64,000 nt of DNA from Blastocatellia bacterium (lineage in GTDB: Bacteria; Acidobacteriota; Blastocatellia; UBA7656): the NCBI GenBank assembly GCA_035293105.1, contig DATDOV010000079.1:101574-165573 (forward strand), read 5' to 3'. Positions 1 through 9,602 of this stretch are shown piece by piece. Both the position numbers and the translations under genes were made by a program. The notes under the pieces were generated by a model. The model made no database searches and was not told where the DNA came from. It saw nothing but the letters and a program-made list of their open reading frames with translations. How positions within the stretch are numbered: the first letter of the stretch is position 1; each line of letters begins with the position of its first letter.

Positions 1-548
1 TCGAGCGGTCCTGACGTGTCGATCTCGAAATCGGCGTATCGGCGCTTCTCGTCCGAAGACATCTGCGCGGCGATCCTCCGCTCGGCGTCGTCGCGAGTGA
101 TCCGGTTGCGCCGCATCAAGCGCCCAATCTGGGACTCCCGATCACAGTAGGCGACGATCAGCTTGTCGAACCGTTTGTAGCCGCCCGATTCGATCATCAG
201 CGCGGCGTCGATTATGGCGATGCCTTCGGGATTGGCGGCTTCAGCTTCCGAGAGCAAGCGGTTCTGCTCTTCGATGACTCGCGGATGGACGATCTCGTTG
301 AGCCGGTTGCGCCGCCCCTCATCGGCAAACACGATTGCTCCGAGCTTCACCCGGTCTATCGAGCCGTCTTCGGCGAGCACGTCCGGGCCGAACTCGCGCA
401 CGATATCTTGATGAGCGGGCCGGCCGGGTTCCATGACTGAATGCGCGATCTTGTCCGCGTCGAAGGTCACGCAGCCAAGCTCGGCCAGCACGGAAAGCAC
501 GAAGCTCTTGCCGACCGCGATGCTCCCCGTTAGCCCGACCTTGAGCAT
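1..548 (-). CDS. coaE: dephospho-CoA kinase (partial, runs off window start)
   Basis: Reverse-strand translation starts at ATG 546-548: MLKVGLTGSIAVGKSFV... with the P-loop GxxxxGKS and length and profile typical of CoaE; continues to the window edge. Confidence 0.85.
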   Translation of the reverse strand, partial: MLKVGLTGSIAVGKSFVLSVLAELGCVTFDADKIAHSVMEPGRPAHQDIVREFGPDVLAEDGSIDRVKLGAIVFADEGRRNRLNEIVHPRVIEEQNRLLSEAEAANPEGIAIIDAALMIESGGYKRFDKLIVAYCDRESQIGRLMRRNRITRDDAERRIAAQMSSDEKRRYADFEIDTSGPL

Positions 549-652
549 AACCAACAAACCAATCGCCTATGGGAAAACAACGAACGCAGTGGTTCGTTGC
601 CGTTCCTTCGCCGCTTTTCTGTGGCTTCTGAGCCTCTTTGCGGCTGCCCTCT

Positions 653-1141
653 TCACTCCCAGATTTCGTCAGCAGCCTGTTCACCCATCAGCTTGCCGAG
701 CGCCGTCTGGCCGCCGAACTTCGCCACCAACTGATCGTCGATCTCGTCGGCGACGCGCGCGATGGCCGAGACGCTCGCGTAGAGTTCCTCGCGCTCCATC
801 GAATCCCCGAGTATCGTGTGCGTGAGCATCACCGTCCCCTTGCCGTCCTCGCCGATCGATAATCCGAACCCGCCGAGAATCAGCCGCAGATTGTACGTCA
901 GCAGAAACCGCATCATCTCTTCTGTGACGTCGAGGTCGACTACGACGTAGGAGAAGATCTCGACGCCCGCGCGCTTGTCCCCTATGGGAAACACTCTGGC
1001 ATAGACGAAGGTCGAACCTTCCTGCATCACGAACGTATCGCCCAATGCTTTGACGTTGACCTCGCCGAAAAGCGTGTAAAGATGATCGCGGGTCTTCTCG
1101 TAGACTTTTTGCTGGGCGTCAGTCTTGAATTCCATCGGCAT
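653..1141 (-). CDS. YbjN-like (putative sensory transduction regulator / chaperone-like) protein
   Basis: 162-aa ORF; acidic C-terminus and overall pattern resemble the YbjN family; same strand, directly upstream of coaE. Confidence 0.55.
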   Translation of the reverse strand: MPMEFKTDAQQKVYEKTRDHLYTLFGEVNVKALGDTFVMQEGSTFVYARVFPIGDKRAGVEIFSYVVVDLDVTEEMMRFLLTYNLRLILGGFGLSIGEDGKGTVMLTHTILGDSMEREELYASVSAIARVADEIDDQLVAKFGGQTALGKLMGEQAADEIWE

Positions 1142-1149
1142 ATGGGAGG

Positions 1150-3447
1150 TCAGGCTGAACCGGCGCCCGGATCGACGGCGCTGACAGTCACCGCCCCGCC
1201 TTCGACGCGCACCGAGACGTTCGGACGCGCGCCGACGATTCGGCGATCGATCCGAAGGTTCGTGAACGGGATGACGATCGTCTCCTGCCAGATTCGCTCG
1301 AGTTGAGCGAGGCTCTTATGCTCGACGGCGAGTTGCTCCGTGAAAAAGCGAGGCAGGTTCGGGTCGACCGTAATCGCGACCGGTTGGGATGACTCGAGCC
1401 GCGCCACGAGTGAATCCAGCCGCTCCCTGATGATTCTTTCCGTGGCATCCCTGTCGAGGACCTGAAACTCGATTACTTCATCAATCGCTGCGGCGAGGGT
1501 CTCCGCCAAGCCCCAGCGCGAGGTTCGTTCGCGCGCAAGTCCTCCAGTGCCGGCCCGGCGGAGGTCGACCTCGCCCGTCGCGGAGAAGCCTATGTGAATC
1601 GGCTTGCTATTCTCGCTCACCCGCGACAGCGACATCGCGACCGTCGTGTTCGACAGCGAGATTCGGACGCCGCCGGCGTCGGTGAATCTACCCTGCTCGA
1701 ATGCTTCGCCGAGAAACTGCTGGACTACCGGGTGGGCGAGGTCGATGTTCTTGAAGTAGAGGACCGAGTGCGGGTTGTCTTCGGCGGCCTTCGACAGCAA
1801 TCCTCCGCGCTCGCCGTATCCGACGTAGCCGGGTTCGGCGCCGACGAGGCGTGAGATCGAGTGCGGCTCGGTGAACTGGGTCATATCGAATTCGATCATC
1901 TTCTGCGGCGAGCCGTACAGGAACTTGGCGAGCGCGGCAGCCATCTCGTGCTTGCCGACTCCTTCGGGTCCGACGAACAGGAACACGCCGTCGGGTTGTT
2001 CGGGTCTCAGCTCGAGTCCGAGCTTCGCGATGCGGACTACGCGGGCTACGTCGCGGACGGCGCGGGCCTGACCGGGCACTGCCGCGTTGAGAAAGTCTTC
2101 GAGGCGTTCGAGCCGCTGGGCGGGGTCTTCGTCCATGATCTCCAGTGGCAGGCCCGTAGTTTCAGACAAGGTCTCGGTCACGTCTTCGCGCGCAAGCCGG
2201 TCGCGGCCCGCGAGCGCAGCCTTCGCGGCTGCCTTGTCCATCAGGTCGAACGCCTTATCGGGAAAGCTGCGCGAAGACAGGAATCGGTCAGCCTTCTCGA
2301 TTATGAGCGAGATGACCTCCTCCTCGATTCTGACTCCGTGATAGCTCTCGAACGCCGCGCGTGACAGCGACACGATGCGGCGCGCCTCGTCGATTGAGGG
2401 CTCCTCGATGGTGATCGTGCTGAATCGCCGGGCGAGCGCCTCGTCGCGGGCGATGTACTTGTAGTATTCGGCGAGTGTGGTCGCTCCGATCACGGCGATC
2501 TCGCCTTTTGACAAAGATGACTTGAGCAGGTTGGCGACGTCGCCGGTTCCGCCCGCGCCCCCCGCGCCCAACAGGGTGTGGATTTCATCGAAGAACAGGA
2601 TGACGTCGCCCGCGCGACGCACTTCTTCCAGGAGCGACTTCAATCGCTCTTCGATGTCGCCGGAGAACTTTGCGTCCGCGAGCAGGCGCAGCCGCGACAC
2701 TTCAAGGATTCGTTTGCCGCGCAGCCGGAGCGGTACGCTGCCCTCGCCGAGCCGCCCGGAGACGGCGCTGACCAGCGCAGTCTTGCCGACGCCGGGCCTC
2801 CCGATCAGGAGCGGATTGTTTTTGAGCTTGCGGCAGAGAGTCTCCAGAACGGCGGTTATCTCGCGATCGCGGCCGACGAACGGATGGCTGGAGGCGGCTC
2901 TGGAAGCCTCTGACAGGTCGATGCAGAATTCGAGCAGCGCGCCGGAGAGAGGACGCATCGGAGTTGGCGCGGTGACGCCTTCTGTCGCCGCCTTGCCCTC
3001 CGCTTTTGCCGCCGTTGCGCTCTCCGGGGCGTACGTCGCGAGCAACTCGGCGACGACGCGCGTAGCGTCACCCTCATAGCCCAGCGCTTCTCTGATGCTG
3101 GACGTGGCCAGCACGGCGCCCAACAAATGAGCCGGCGCCACGAGTTGTCCCCTGATCGATTGTGCCATTCGCCCGGCTGCGGCGATGACCTCCTGGGTTT
3201 CCCTGGAGATAATGACCGACGGCGAGGGAGCGGCAGGAAGTTTCCCGAGCAGACCGCGTGCCTGTTCGAGCAGGCGCGCCAGTTCACTTTGCGCCGCCGG
3301 AGATTCCGCGCGGGTCCGCTCGAGAACGGTGACCAGAAGATGCAGCGGGGACAACGTACCGCCGCTCGATCGCGCGAGTTGTTTGGCCGCGTCGAACGCC
3401 TCGCGTGCGCCGGGCCCAAGTGAATTAAGCAGGTCTTGCTTGTGCAT
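1150..3447 (-). CDS. ClpA/ClpB-family AAA+ unfoldase, no long M-domain, second ATPase domain degenerate
   Basis: 765 aa. N-terminal double Clp_N repeat. D1 Walker A GRPGVGKTALV and Walker B LFFDEIH are intact. D2 Walker A is GPEGVGKHE (T->H) and the Walker B position reads VLYFKNIDLAH instead of hhhhDEIEKAH. An IGF tripeptide (HIGFSA) follows D2. Confidence 0.85.
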   Translation of the reverse strand: MHKQDLLNSLGPGAREAFDAAKQLARSSGGTLSPLHLLVTVLERTRAESPAAQSELARLLEQARGLLGKLPAAPSPSVIISRETQEVIAAAGRMAQSIRGQLVAPAHLLGAVLATSSIREALGYEGDATRVVAELLATYAPESATAAKAEGKAATEGVTAPTPMRPLSGALLEFCIDLSEASRAASSHPFVGRDREITAVLETLCRKLKNNPLLIGRPGVGKTALVSAVSGRLGEGSVPLRLRGKRILEVSRLRLLADAKFSGDIEERLKSLLEEVRRAGDVILFFDEIHTLLGAGGAGGTGDVANLLKSSLSKGEIAVIGATTLAEYYKYIARDEALARRFSTITIEEPSIDEARRIVSLSRAAFESYHGVRIEEEVISLIIEKADRFLSSRSFPDKAFDLMDKAAAKAALAGRDRLAREDVTETLSETTGLPLEIMDEDPAQRLERLEDFLNAAVPGQARAVRDVARVVRIAKLGLELRPEQPDGVFLFVGPEGVGKHEMAAALAKFLYGSPQKMIEFDMTQFTEPHSISRLVGAEPGYVGYGERGGLLSKAAEDNPHSVLYFKNIDLAHPVVQQFLGEAFEQGRFTDAGGVRISLSNTTVAMSLSRVSENSKPIHIGFSATGEVDLRRAGTGGLARERTSRWGLAETLAAAIDEVIEFQVLDRDATERIIRERLDSLVARLESSQPVAITVDPNLPRFFTEQLAVEHKSLAQLERIWQETIVIPFTNLRIDRRIVGARPNVSVRVEGGAVTVSAVDPGAGSA

Positions 3448-3531
3448 CTATTCGCGCCGCTTCAACGCCAGGGGACATTCGCTGCGTGGGAAGCCTATAT
3501 CGCCCGCCGATGGGGGTCAATGCTCGAGTTG

Positions 3532-3966
3532 CTACTGAATCGTTTCGGATGTGACGACAGCTTGGGGCTGGTTGAACTCGGTGACGCTGAGGAACTGCTC
3601 GGCGAAGACATTGGAGTTGATCAAGGTCTGGACGACGTAGTTGCCTGATGTTGGGAACCCGATGTTGGCGAAGATCGTGACGTTATCGGCGAACCCGCCC
3701 TCGGGAACCTGAAATGGAGAAGGCGGCGAGACTGCGATTGGCTGCGAGCGGTCCGGGCTGAGGATGCGAACTTCGGAGAGGTATTGTCCGTCGCCCGACC
3801 AGTGATTCAGGATGACTATCTTGAGCAAGGTGACGGGAAGCTGGGGCACCTGGATGGCGTGAAGCATGCCCATCAAGCTGAGTTTGTGATTGACTTCAAG
3901 CCGGATGTCTTCACACAGGATGGTGTAGTGCAGCCGCAGGTTAGGTTGATTCTCGGCCTCCGCCAT
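3532..3966 (-). CDS. hypothetical protein
   Basis: 144-aa ORF with coding-like composition; no motif recognised. Confidence 0.35.
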   Translation of the reverse strand: MAEAENQPNLRLHYTILCEDIRLEVNHKLSLMGMLHAIQVPQLPVTLLKIVILNHWSGDGQYLSEVRILSPDRSQPIAVSPPSPFQVPEGGFADNVTIFANIGFPTSGNYVVQTLINSNVFAEQFLSVTEFNQPQAVVTSETIQ

Positions 3967-4053
3967 TGCTTTCGCTCACTTCAAGAATCGCATGGAGACT
4001 ATCGCACACGGGAGAGAGCTAAACAAGCGCTTGACCCTGGAGAGGAGCCGGTT

Positions 4054-4153
4054 GGAATAAACGAGGCGCTTCAACGTAGTAACGAATTCATTCGTTCGGT
4101 TTGCTGAGAAACACGCGTCTCGCCAGCGTGGAAACGAATGAATTCGTTACTAC
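4054..4153. repeat. palindromic MITE/REP-like dispersed repeat (copy 1 of 3 loci)
   Basis: Leader ggaataaacgaggcgc, then inverted arms GTAGTAACGAATTCATTCGTTC ... GAACGAATGAATTCGTTACTAC around a ~40-nt loop. Near-identical copies at 53821-53919 and clustered half-copies at 26070-26245. Confidence 0.75.
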
Positions 4154-4326
4154 CAGGGATTACTGCGACAGGCTCCTAGCGGGGCGCGGCCTGCCTTTTG
4201 CGTCGCGCAAATGACCGCAGGCGGCAGTCACCGAAGCGACTTGCCGCCTGCATTCTTGAAGCCCCAGCGCCACAGATCGTTTGTCAGCGTTGCGCTTCAG
4301 GGTTCCTGCCTTGGATGTCACGAATT

Positions 4327-5079
4327 CTAGAACGGCCACTGGAACCCAGACCGGCCTCGATTGCCGTAGCCGCGATAGCCGTCGTCGTAGCCGCGGCGGT
4401 AGCCCTCACGGAAGCCCCGTTGATAGGTGTAGCGGTCGCCGAAGAACGGGTGGTAGCTGCCCAATCCGCTGCGGTAGCCATCCGAGTGCTCGTAGTTGTA
4501 TCGGCGCCGGTGTTTCCGGTCTTCTTCGCCGTGGTGGTGTCCGTCGCGGTAGCCGTTTCGAAGCGCTATCTGATAAGTTCGATTTCGATCGTCGCGTCCG
4601 TAGCCGCGATCCCGGTCGCCGTGATCGCCGCGTCCTCTGTTGTACCCCCCATCGTCCGGGTTGCCGCCTCGTCCATACACGTTGCCTCGATTGTCACCGA
4701 ATAGCCGGTCCACGTCGCGGCGGCTGTAGCGTCGCGAGCGGCGGTTCTGGCCATCGTTGAATCCTACGGTGAAGCCCCGGCGGTACGAGTCGCGGTAGTC
4801 GTCGCGGTAGCCCATCCAATCCCGCCAGCCTGAGGTGTCGTTTCGATAGCCCGGAGTGTCTTTGCAGTTTATGCGATAGCCGTTGCCGAGGGATCGCTCC
4901 CCGTCGGTGTACGCGTTATGGTAGGCGAAAACGTACCCGTACTCCCTGGTGTGTTCCTTGTCCCAGCGTCCGCCGTTCCGGTTGTCGTCGCGCGCATGGG
5001 TTGCGATTCCCGTCCCGAGCACGAGGGCGATTACCATCAGCCCGCTGCTCATCTTGTTCTTGAGTCCCGTCGTATTCAT
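4327..5079 (-). CDS. secreted low-complexity Arg/Gly/Tyr/Asp-rich protein
   Basis: Start at MNTTGLKNK preceded by GGGAGGA. Signal peptide MSSGLMVIALVLGTGIATHA. Remainder is repetitive (G)YR(D/N)G-type low complexity (RGYGRDDRNRTY, GYRRGYDDGYRGYGNRGR). Confidence 0.5.
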   Translation of the reverse strand: MNTTGLKNKMSSGLMVIALVLGTGIATHARDDNRNGGRWDKEHTREYGYVFAYHNAYTDGERSLGNGYRINCKDTPGYRNDTSGWRDWMGYRDDYRDSYRRGFTVGFNDGQNRRSRRYSRRDVDRLFGDNRGNVYGRGGNPDDGGYNRGRGDHGDRDRGYGRDDRNRTYQIALRNGYRDGHHHGEEDRKHRRRYNYEHSDGYRSGLGSYHPFFGDRYTYQRGFREGYRRGYDDGYRGYGNRGRSGFQWPF

Positions 5080-5331
5080 CTTCTTCCTCCCTCGAACCAC
5101 CATCGAACTCGATGATCGCTCGCGCCGATTGGATTACAACCCGAGTGCCAAAGGTGGCCCGCACCGGCGAACCGGTATTCCATTCAACGGCTAAGCTACA
5201 ACGGCGTGGCCCTCGGGCGGATTCAACTTCGGCTATGCGGACCCGAAATGCGAAGCGCGTTCGACGATATCGTGTAAGGCAGAAGCAACAATCGCGATAG
5301 GCGATGAGGACAAGTGACCGTGCCGCGTCGT

Positions 5332-5826
5332 CTACTCGACGACGGCGAGAATCTGGTTAGCGATGACTGTCGCGCCTTCCGTCACACGGACTTCGGCGAC
5401 GTGGCCGCGTTTGGGAGACTTGATCTCGTTCTGCATTTTCATAGCTTCTACGACGACCACGCCCTGGCCCGCCGCGACCTCATCGCCCGGCGCCAGCAAC
5501 ACGCGAACTACCTTACCCGGCATCGGCGCGATCAAATCGTGACGGCCTTCTCCGGCGTGTTCGGTTCCGGCGCGCCGGTGCTTGCGGTCGATGATGCTGG
5601 CGGTGAAGACGCGGTCCCGGAGCTTGACGCGCATGGAGTTCGCTTCGACTGAAGACACTCGCGCTTCGTACACATTATCGCCCGCGAAGATCAGGTAGAC
5701 ACCCTCCTCGGGGCGCTCTATTTCCACGTCGTAGTTTCGGCCGCCGATCGTCGCCGACAGGCGGCCGTTACGCTCCTCCATCTCTATGCTGACATGGTTG
5801 CCGTCGATTTCTGCTTCGTATTTCAT
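5332..5826 (-). CDS. biotin carboxyl carrier (biotin/lipoyl attachment) domain protein
   Basis: C-terminal VVVEAMKMQNEI biotinylation motif (AMKM); lies 13 nt downstream of accC. Confidence 0.8.
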   Translation of the reverse strand: MKYEAEIDGNHVSIEMEERNGRLSATIGGRNYDVEIERPEEGVYLIFAGDNVYEARVSSVEANSMRVKLRDRVFTASIIDRKHRRAGTEHAGEGRHDLIAPMPGKVVRVLLAPGDEVAAGQGVVVVEAMKMQNEIKSPKRGHVAEVRVTEGATVIANQILAVVE

Positions 5827-5839
5827 CGCGTGTCGAGGG

Positions 5840-7351
5840 TCAGGACTTCCTCCTCTGCGCGAGGCGGCCCGACAACTTCCACCGGCTGTTGCTCTCGTGG
5901 CGCGCTGAATCGTCGAGCTTCGGAGCTATCGTCTGTGCGTGAAGCGCCGCAGCCATCGCGGCCATATCGGCAAGCTCCCCGTCCGTTCTGCGCGCCGGGC
6001 TTTCCGGCGCCTGATCCAGGAAACGATCGATGAACCCTGTATCGAAGTCGCCTCGTTGAAACTGCTCGTCGCTTACGACGGCGCGGAAGAACGGCAGCGA
6101 CGTGCGAATGCCTTCGACGCTGAACTCATCAAGCGCGCGGGCGAGACGGCCGATTGCGCGCTCCCTAGTCTCCGCCCATACACATAGCTTCGCCAGAAGC
6201 GGATCGTAGTAGATCGGGACTTCCCATCCTTGATAGATGCCGCTGTCAACGCGCACTCCGGGACCCGAGGGCGCAACGAGTTTGCTGATGCGGCCGGGGC
6301 TGGGGAGGAAGTTATTATCGGGGTCCTCGGCGTAGATGCGGCACTCGATGGCGGCGCCCCGCATCACGATGTCGGCTTGCGAGAACGAAAGCCGCTCGCC
6401 CGCTGCAACTCTAATCTGTTCGTGAACGAGGTCGCGGCCCAAGACCATTTCGGTGACGGGATGCTCGACTTGAAGCCGCGTGTTCATTTCGAGGAAGTAG
6501 AAGTTCATCGCGGAATCGACGAGAAACTCGATCGTGCCGGCGTTGACGTAGCCGGCCGCGCGGGCGATGCCAATCGCAGCTTCACCCATCCGGCGCCGCA
6601 GCGGTTCATCGACGACCGGTGAGGGACACTCCTCCACAACCTTCTGGTGACGGCGTTGCAGCGAACACTCGCGTTCGCCCAGGTACACGAAGTTCCCGTG
6701 GCGGTCGGCAATCAACTGAATCTCTATGTGCCGCGGCCGGTCGATCAGCTTCTCGATGTAGAGGGCCGGGTCATTGAAGCTAGACGAGGCCTCCGATTGC
6801 GCCAGCGAGAAGGCGGTCGCGATCTCGTCGGGAGAACGCACCAGGCGCATGCCCTTCCCGCCTCCGCCCGCCGAAGCTTTCAACATCACGGGAAACCCTA
6901 TGTCTGATGCTATGCGCGTTGCCTCGTCAGGAGACTCGACCGGCGACGTAGTTCCGGGCACGACCGGGGCGCCGGCGGCGATGGCGGTCCGGCGGGCGCT
7001 TGTCTTCGAGCCCATCAATCTCATCGCCGATGCGGGTGGTCCGATCAGCACGAGGCCCGCGCGTTCGACTTCGGAGGCGAACTCGGCATTCTCCGACAAG
7101 AATCCATATCCGGGATGAATCGCGTCGGCGCCGGCGCGTTGGGCCGCGTCGATGATCTTGTCGATGCAGAGGTAACTCTCACTCGAAGGGGGAGGTCCGA
7201 TACGGATGGCCTGGTCGGCGACTCGGACGTGCAGCGACGTGCGGTCTGCATCGGAGTAGACGGCAACCGGCGATATGCCCAACTCGCGGCAGGCGCGCGC
7301 GATTCGCACCGCGATCTCACCCCGATTGGCGATAAGGACCCGCTTAAACAT
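5840..7351 (-). CDS. accC: acetyl-CoA/biotin carboxylase, biotin carboxylase subunit
   Basis: MFKRVLIANRGEIAVRIARA..., ATP-grasp motifs, HIEIQ and EMNTRLQVEHPVTE signatures. About 55-aa Ala/Arg-rich C-terminal extension. Confidence 0.9.
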   Translation of the reverse strand: MFKRVLIANRGEIAVRIARACRELGISPVAVYSDADRTSLHVRVADQAIRIGPPPSSESYLCIDKIIDAAQRAGADAIHPGYGFLSENAEFASEVERAGLVLIGPPASAMRLMGSKTSARRTAIAAGAPVVPGTTSPVESPDEATRIASDIGFPVMLKASAGGGGKGMRLVRSPDEIATAFSLAQSEASSSFNDPALYIEKLIDRPRHIEIQLIADRHGNFVYLGERECSLQRRHQKVVEECPSPVVDEPLRRRMGEAAIGIARAAGYVNAGTIEFLVDSAMNFYFLEMNTRLQVEHPVTEMVLGRDLVHEQIRVAAGERLSFSQADIVMRGAAIECRIYAEDPDNNFLPSPGRISKLVAPSGPGVRVDSGIYQGWEVPIYYDPLLAKLCVWAETRERAIGRLARALDEFSVEGIRTSLPFFRAVVSDEQFQRGDFDTGFIDRFLDQAPESPARRTDGELADMAAMAAALHAQTIAPKLDDSARHESNSRWKLSGRLAQRRKS

Positions 7352-7448
7352 ACTCGGAGAAAACAAATGGCAAGAAGCAAGGCGCCAAAGCCGGGTGTCT
7401 TGTCCGGCCCACTGGCTCTTGCTTCTTGCCTCTCGCCTTCACCAATCT

Positions 7449-8174
7449 TCAGCGGCCGGTTGAATCTTTCGCAATCGGTAGTTTGATCTCTGATGGATTG
7501 GTGACCAGGATGCCGTCGACCATGACCAGGTCGTCTTCGGTGCCCATTTCGCCGTCTGGCCCGGCCGATCGCAGCTCGAAGTTTCTGAAGGCCGCGAGCA
7601 TTTCGGGGGTGCGGCCGGCGATGGCCTCAGTGTAGCTCGTGTAGCGGACCGCGCGCCCCCAGTCGTCGGCAGGCAGCGATTCACCGGTGGCCCGCTTTAG
7701 CGTCTGGGCGTCTGACGGGTAAGACCCATCGTGTCTGCCCTTGTACTCTTCCAACGATACATAGACGTGATAAATATCGGCGACGGTCGCTGCCTTCTGC
7801 TGCGCTTCGCGGTTCTCGATGACTTCAGAGATCCTTGCGATGGCGAACCCGCTCGCTGCGGCGCCCGATACGAGAGCGACAACAAGCACGGCGGCCGCGC
7901 TTCGATAGCCCCCGTACCACTCAGGTTCCCGCCGCGCGAGCTTCATCGCGCGCCAGGCTGACCAGATGACGAGCACGGCGCCCAGCGCGAGCCACTTGGT
8001 GAAAAGCAGCGCCGAAGCGGCTATGACTAGAAGGAGAGATACGGCGGTGAATGCCGGTCCCAATCTCTGGACCTTTATCGGCGTCTCGTCCAGGGGGTTG
8101 CCGATAAAGCGGCCGCCGCAAGCGCACTCTAGCGCGGTGCGCTCGATCTTCCCACCACAACAAGGGCATAACAT
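7449..8174 (-). CDS. zinc-ribbon membrane protein
   Basis: Start MLCPCCGGKIERTALECACGG (CxxC...CxC) preceded by AGGAG about 8 nt upstream. One TM segment. C-terminal DGEMGTEDDLVMVDG region reminiscent of pseudopilin-like domains. Confidence 0.5.
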   Translation of the reverse strand: MLCPCCGGKIERTALECACGGRFIGNPLDETPIKVQRLGPAFTAVSLLLVIAASALLFTKWLALGAVLVIWSAWRAMKLARREPEWYGGYRSAAAVLVVALVSGAAASGFAIARISEVIENREAQQKAATVADIYHVYVSLEEYKGRHDGSYPSDAQTLKRATGESLPADDWGRAVRYTSYTEAIAGRTPEMLAAFRNFELRSAGPDGEMGTEDDLVMVDGILVTNPSEIKLPIAKDSTGR

Positions 8175-8196
8175 TGTTATCAGCTCCTGCGGCCCT

Positions 8197-8904
8197 TCAA
8201 CTACGTACCGAATAATCCGCTGCAACAAACTCTTCAATCTGCGGCTCGTCGCTTGATGCGCTCGCCGCTTCGATGGAGGCGCGATCGGTCTCGCGCAACT
8301 CGCGCCACGTGTGATAAATCCGATGAACCACCGTCCAGTGCGACAAAACCGCGAGCACCCAAAGCACCTGGGGCATCTTGTACAAGAACGGGTTCGTCAC
8401 CGGTCCGGTCTGGGTGAGCGAGCCTATAATCAACAGCACCAGTCGCTCAGGTCTTTCCAGGAACCCAACCTTGCACGCGATGTTAAGCGATTCCGCGCGC
8501 GCGCGCGAGTAGCTGATGAGCACGGACCCCACGAGGGCCAGTCCGGTCAGCGCAACCAGCAACGTCGACCGGGTTACGGCATCGCGCGCATAGAACACCA
8601 TGATCCCGACGTAGACGACGATGTCGGAATAACGATCTATCACTGAATCAAAGAACGCGCCGAACCGAGTGACTCGTCCGCGAAACCGAGCGACCTGCCC
8701 GTCCAGAATATCCACAAGCGCGGCGAGTATCAACAGCAGCCCGGCCATGAAAAACCGGCCATAGCCGTACAAGAACCCGCAGCCAATGTTGATCAGCAGT
8801 CCTACAAACGTGAGCGCGTTCGGGTTTATCCGGCTGCGTGCAAGCCCGCGTACTATCCAGTCGATGATTCGCTTAGCACCAGCCCCGATTGCATCACTAA
8901 TCAT
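8197..8904 (-). CDS. CDP-alcohol phosphatidyltransferase
   Basis: DG(x2)AR(x8)G(x3)D(x3)D motif present: DILDGQVARFRGRVTRFGAFFDSVIDRYSD. Multi-TM. GGAGG RBS. Confidence 0.8.
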   Translation of the reverse strand: MISDAIGAGAKRIIDWIVRGLARSRINPNALTFVGLLINIGCGFLYGYGRFFMAGLLLILAALVDILDGQVARFRGRVTRFGAFFDSVIDRYSDIVVYVGIMVFYARDAVTRSTLLVALTGLALVGSVLISYSRARAESLNIACKVGFLERPERLVLLIIGSLTQTGPVTNPFLYKMPQVLWVLAVLSHWTVVHRIYHTWRELRETDRASIEAASASSDEPQIEEFVAADYSVRS

Positions 8905-9017
8905 TAGGGCCTCCGCGCTTCGGCCGAACCCGCTCCACCGACGCGCTAATATGTCAAAGGGCTGAGCTTGTTGTCAAGATTCGTCCAGTGCGGGGTCCGG
9001 GATAGAAGAAGGCTAGC

Positions 9018-9491
9018 TCAATCCGTGACCTGGTGGATGGTGGTCAGCTTGACGATTTCGAACCGGCGCCTTCCGGTCGGCGTTTGAATCTCGACTTCGG
9101 CGCCTTCCGCCTTGCCCATCAGTCCGCGCCCGATGGGTGACGTAGTTGATATCTTTGATTGCGAAATGTCGGCGTCCTCTGCCATAACGAGCGTGTACTT
9201 AAGCTCATCGCCGCTATCCATGTCGTAGAGAGCTACGGTCGAACCATAGGCGACGCGATCGATCGGCAGCCGCGACGTATCTACCATCGAAAGGTCGGCC
9301 AGCCGCTTCCGAAGCCCTGCAATGCGCGCCCGAACGTATTCCTGGCGATGGCGCGCCGCGTCATACTCGGCGTTCTCGGTTAGGTCGCCCATCGCTGCGG
9401 CCTTCCTCAGCTCCTGAGGGATCTCGGTCCTCAACTCGGCTTCAAGCTGCCGAAGCTGCTCCCGTATTTTCCGTTTGATGTCGTCGGACAT
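9018..9491 (-). CDS. greA: transcription elongation factor GreA
   Basis: MSDDIKRKIREQL... coiled-coil N-domain and FKBP-like C-domain (EDADISQSKISTTSPIGRGLMGK). Confidence 0.85.
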   Translation of the reverse strand: MSDDIKRKIREQLRQLEAELRTEIPQELRKAAAMGDLTENAEYDAARHRQEYVRARIAGLRKRLADLSMVDTSRLPIDRVAYGSTVALYDMDSGDELKYTLVMAEDADISQSKISTTSPIGRGLMGKAEGAEVEIQTPTGRRRFEIVKLTTIHQVTD

Positions 9492-9602
9492 ATGTTTAAG
9501 ACCGTGGCCCGAGGTGATGCCCCACCCCGCGCGGAAGGGTCTCACTGGAGCGCGCCCCCATGCCCCCCCGACTGCGGCGGCACTTCACCCTGTATCCAAT
9601 CT

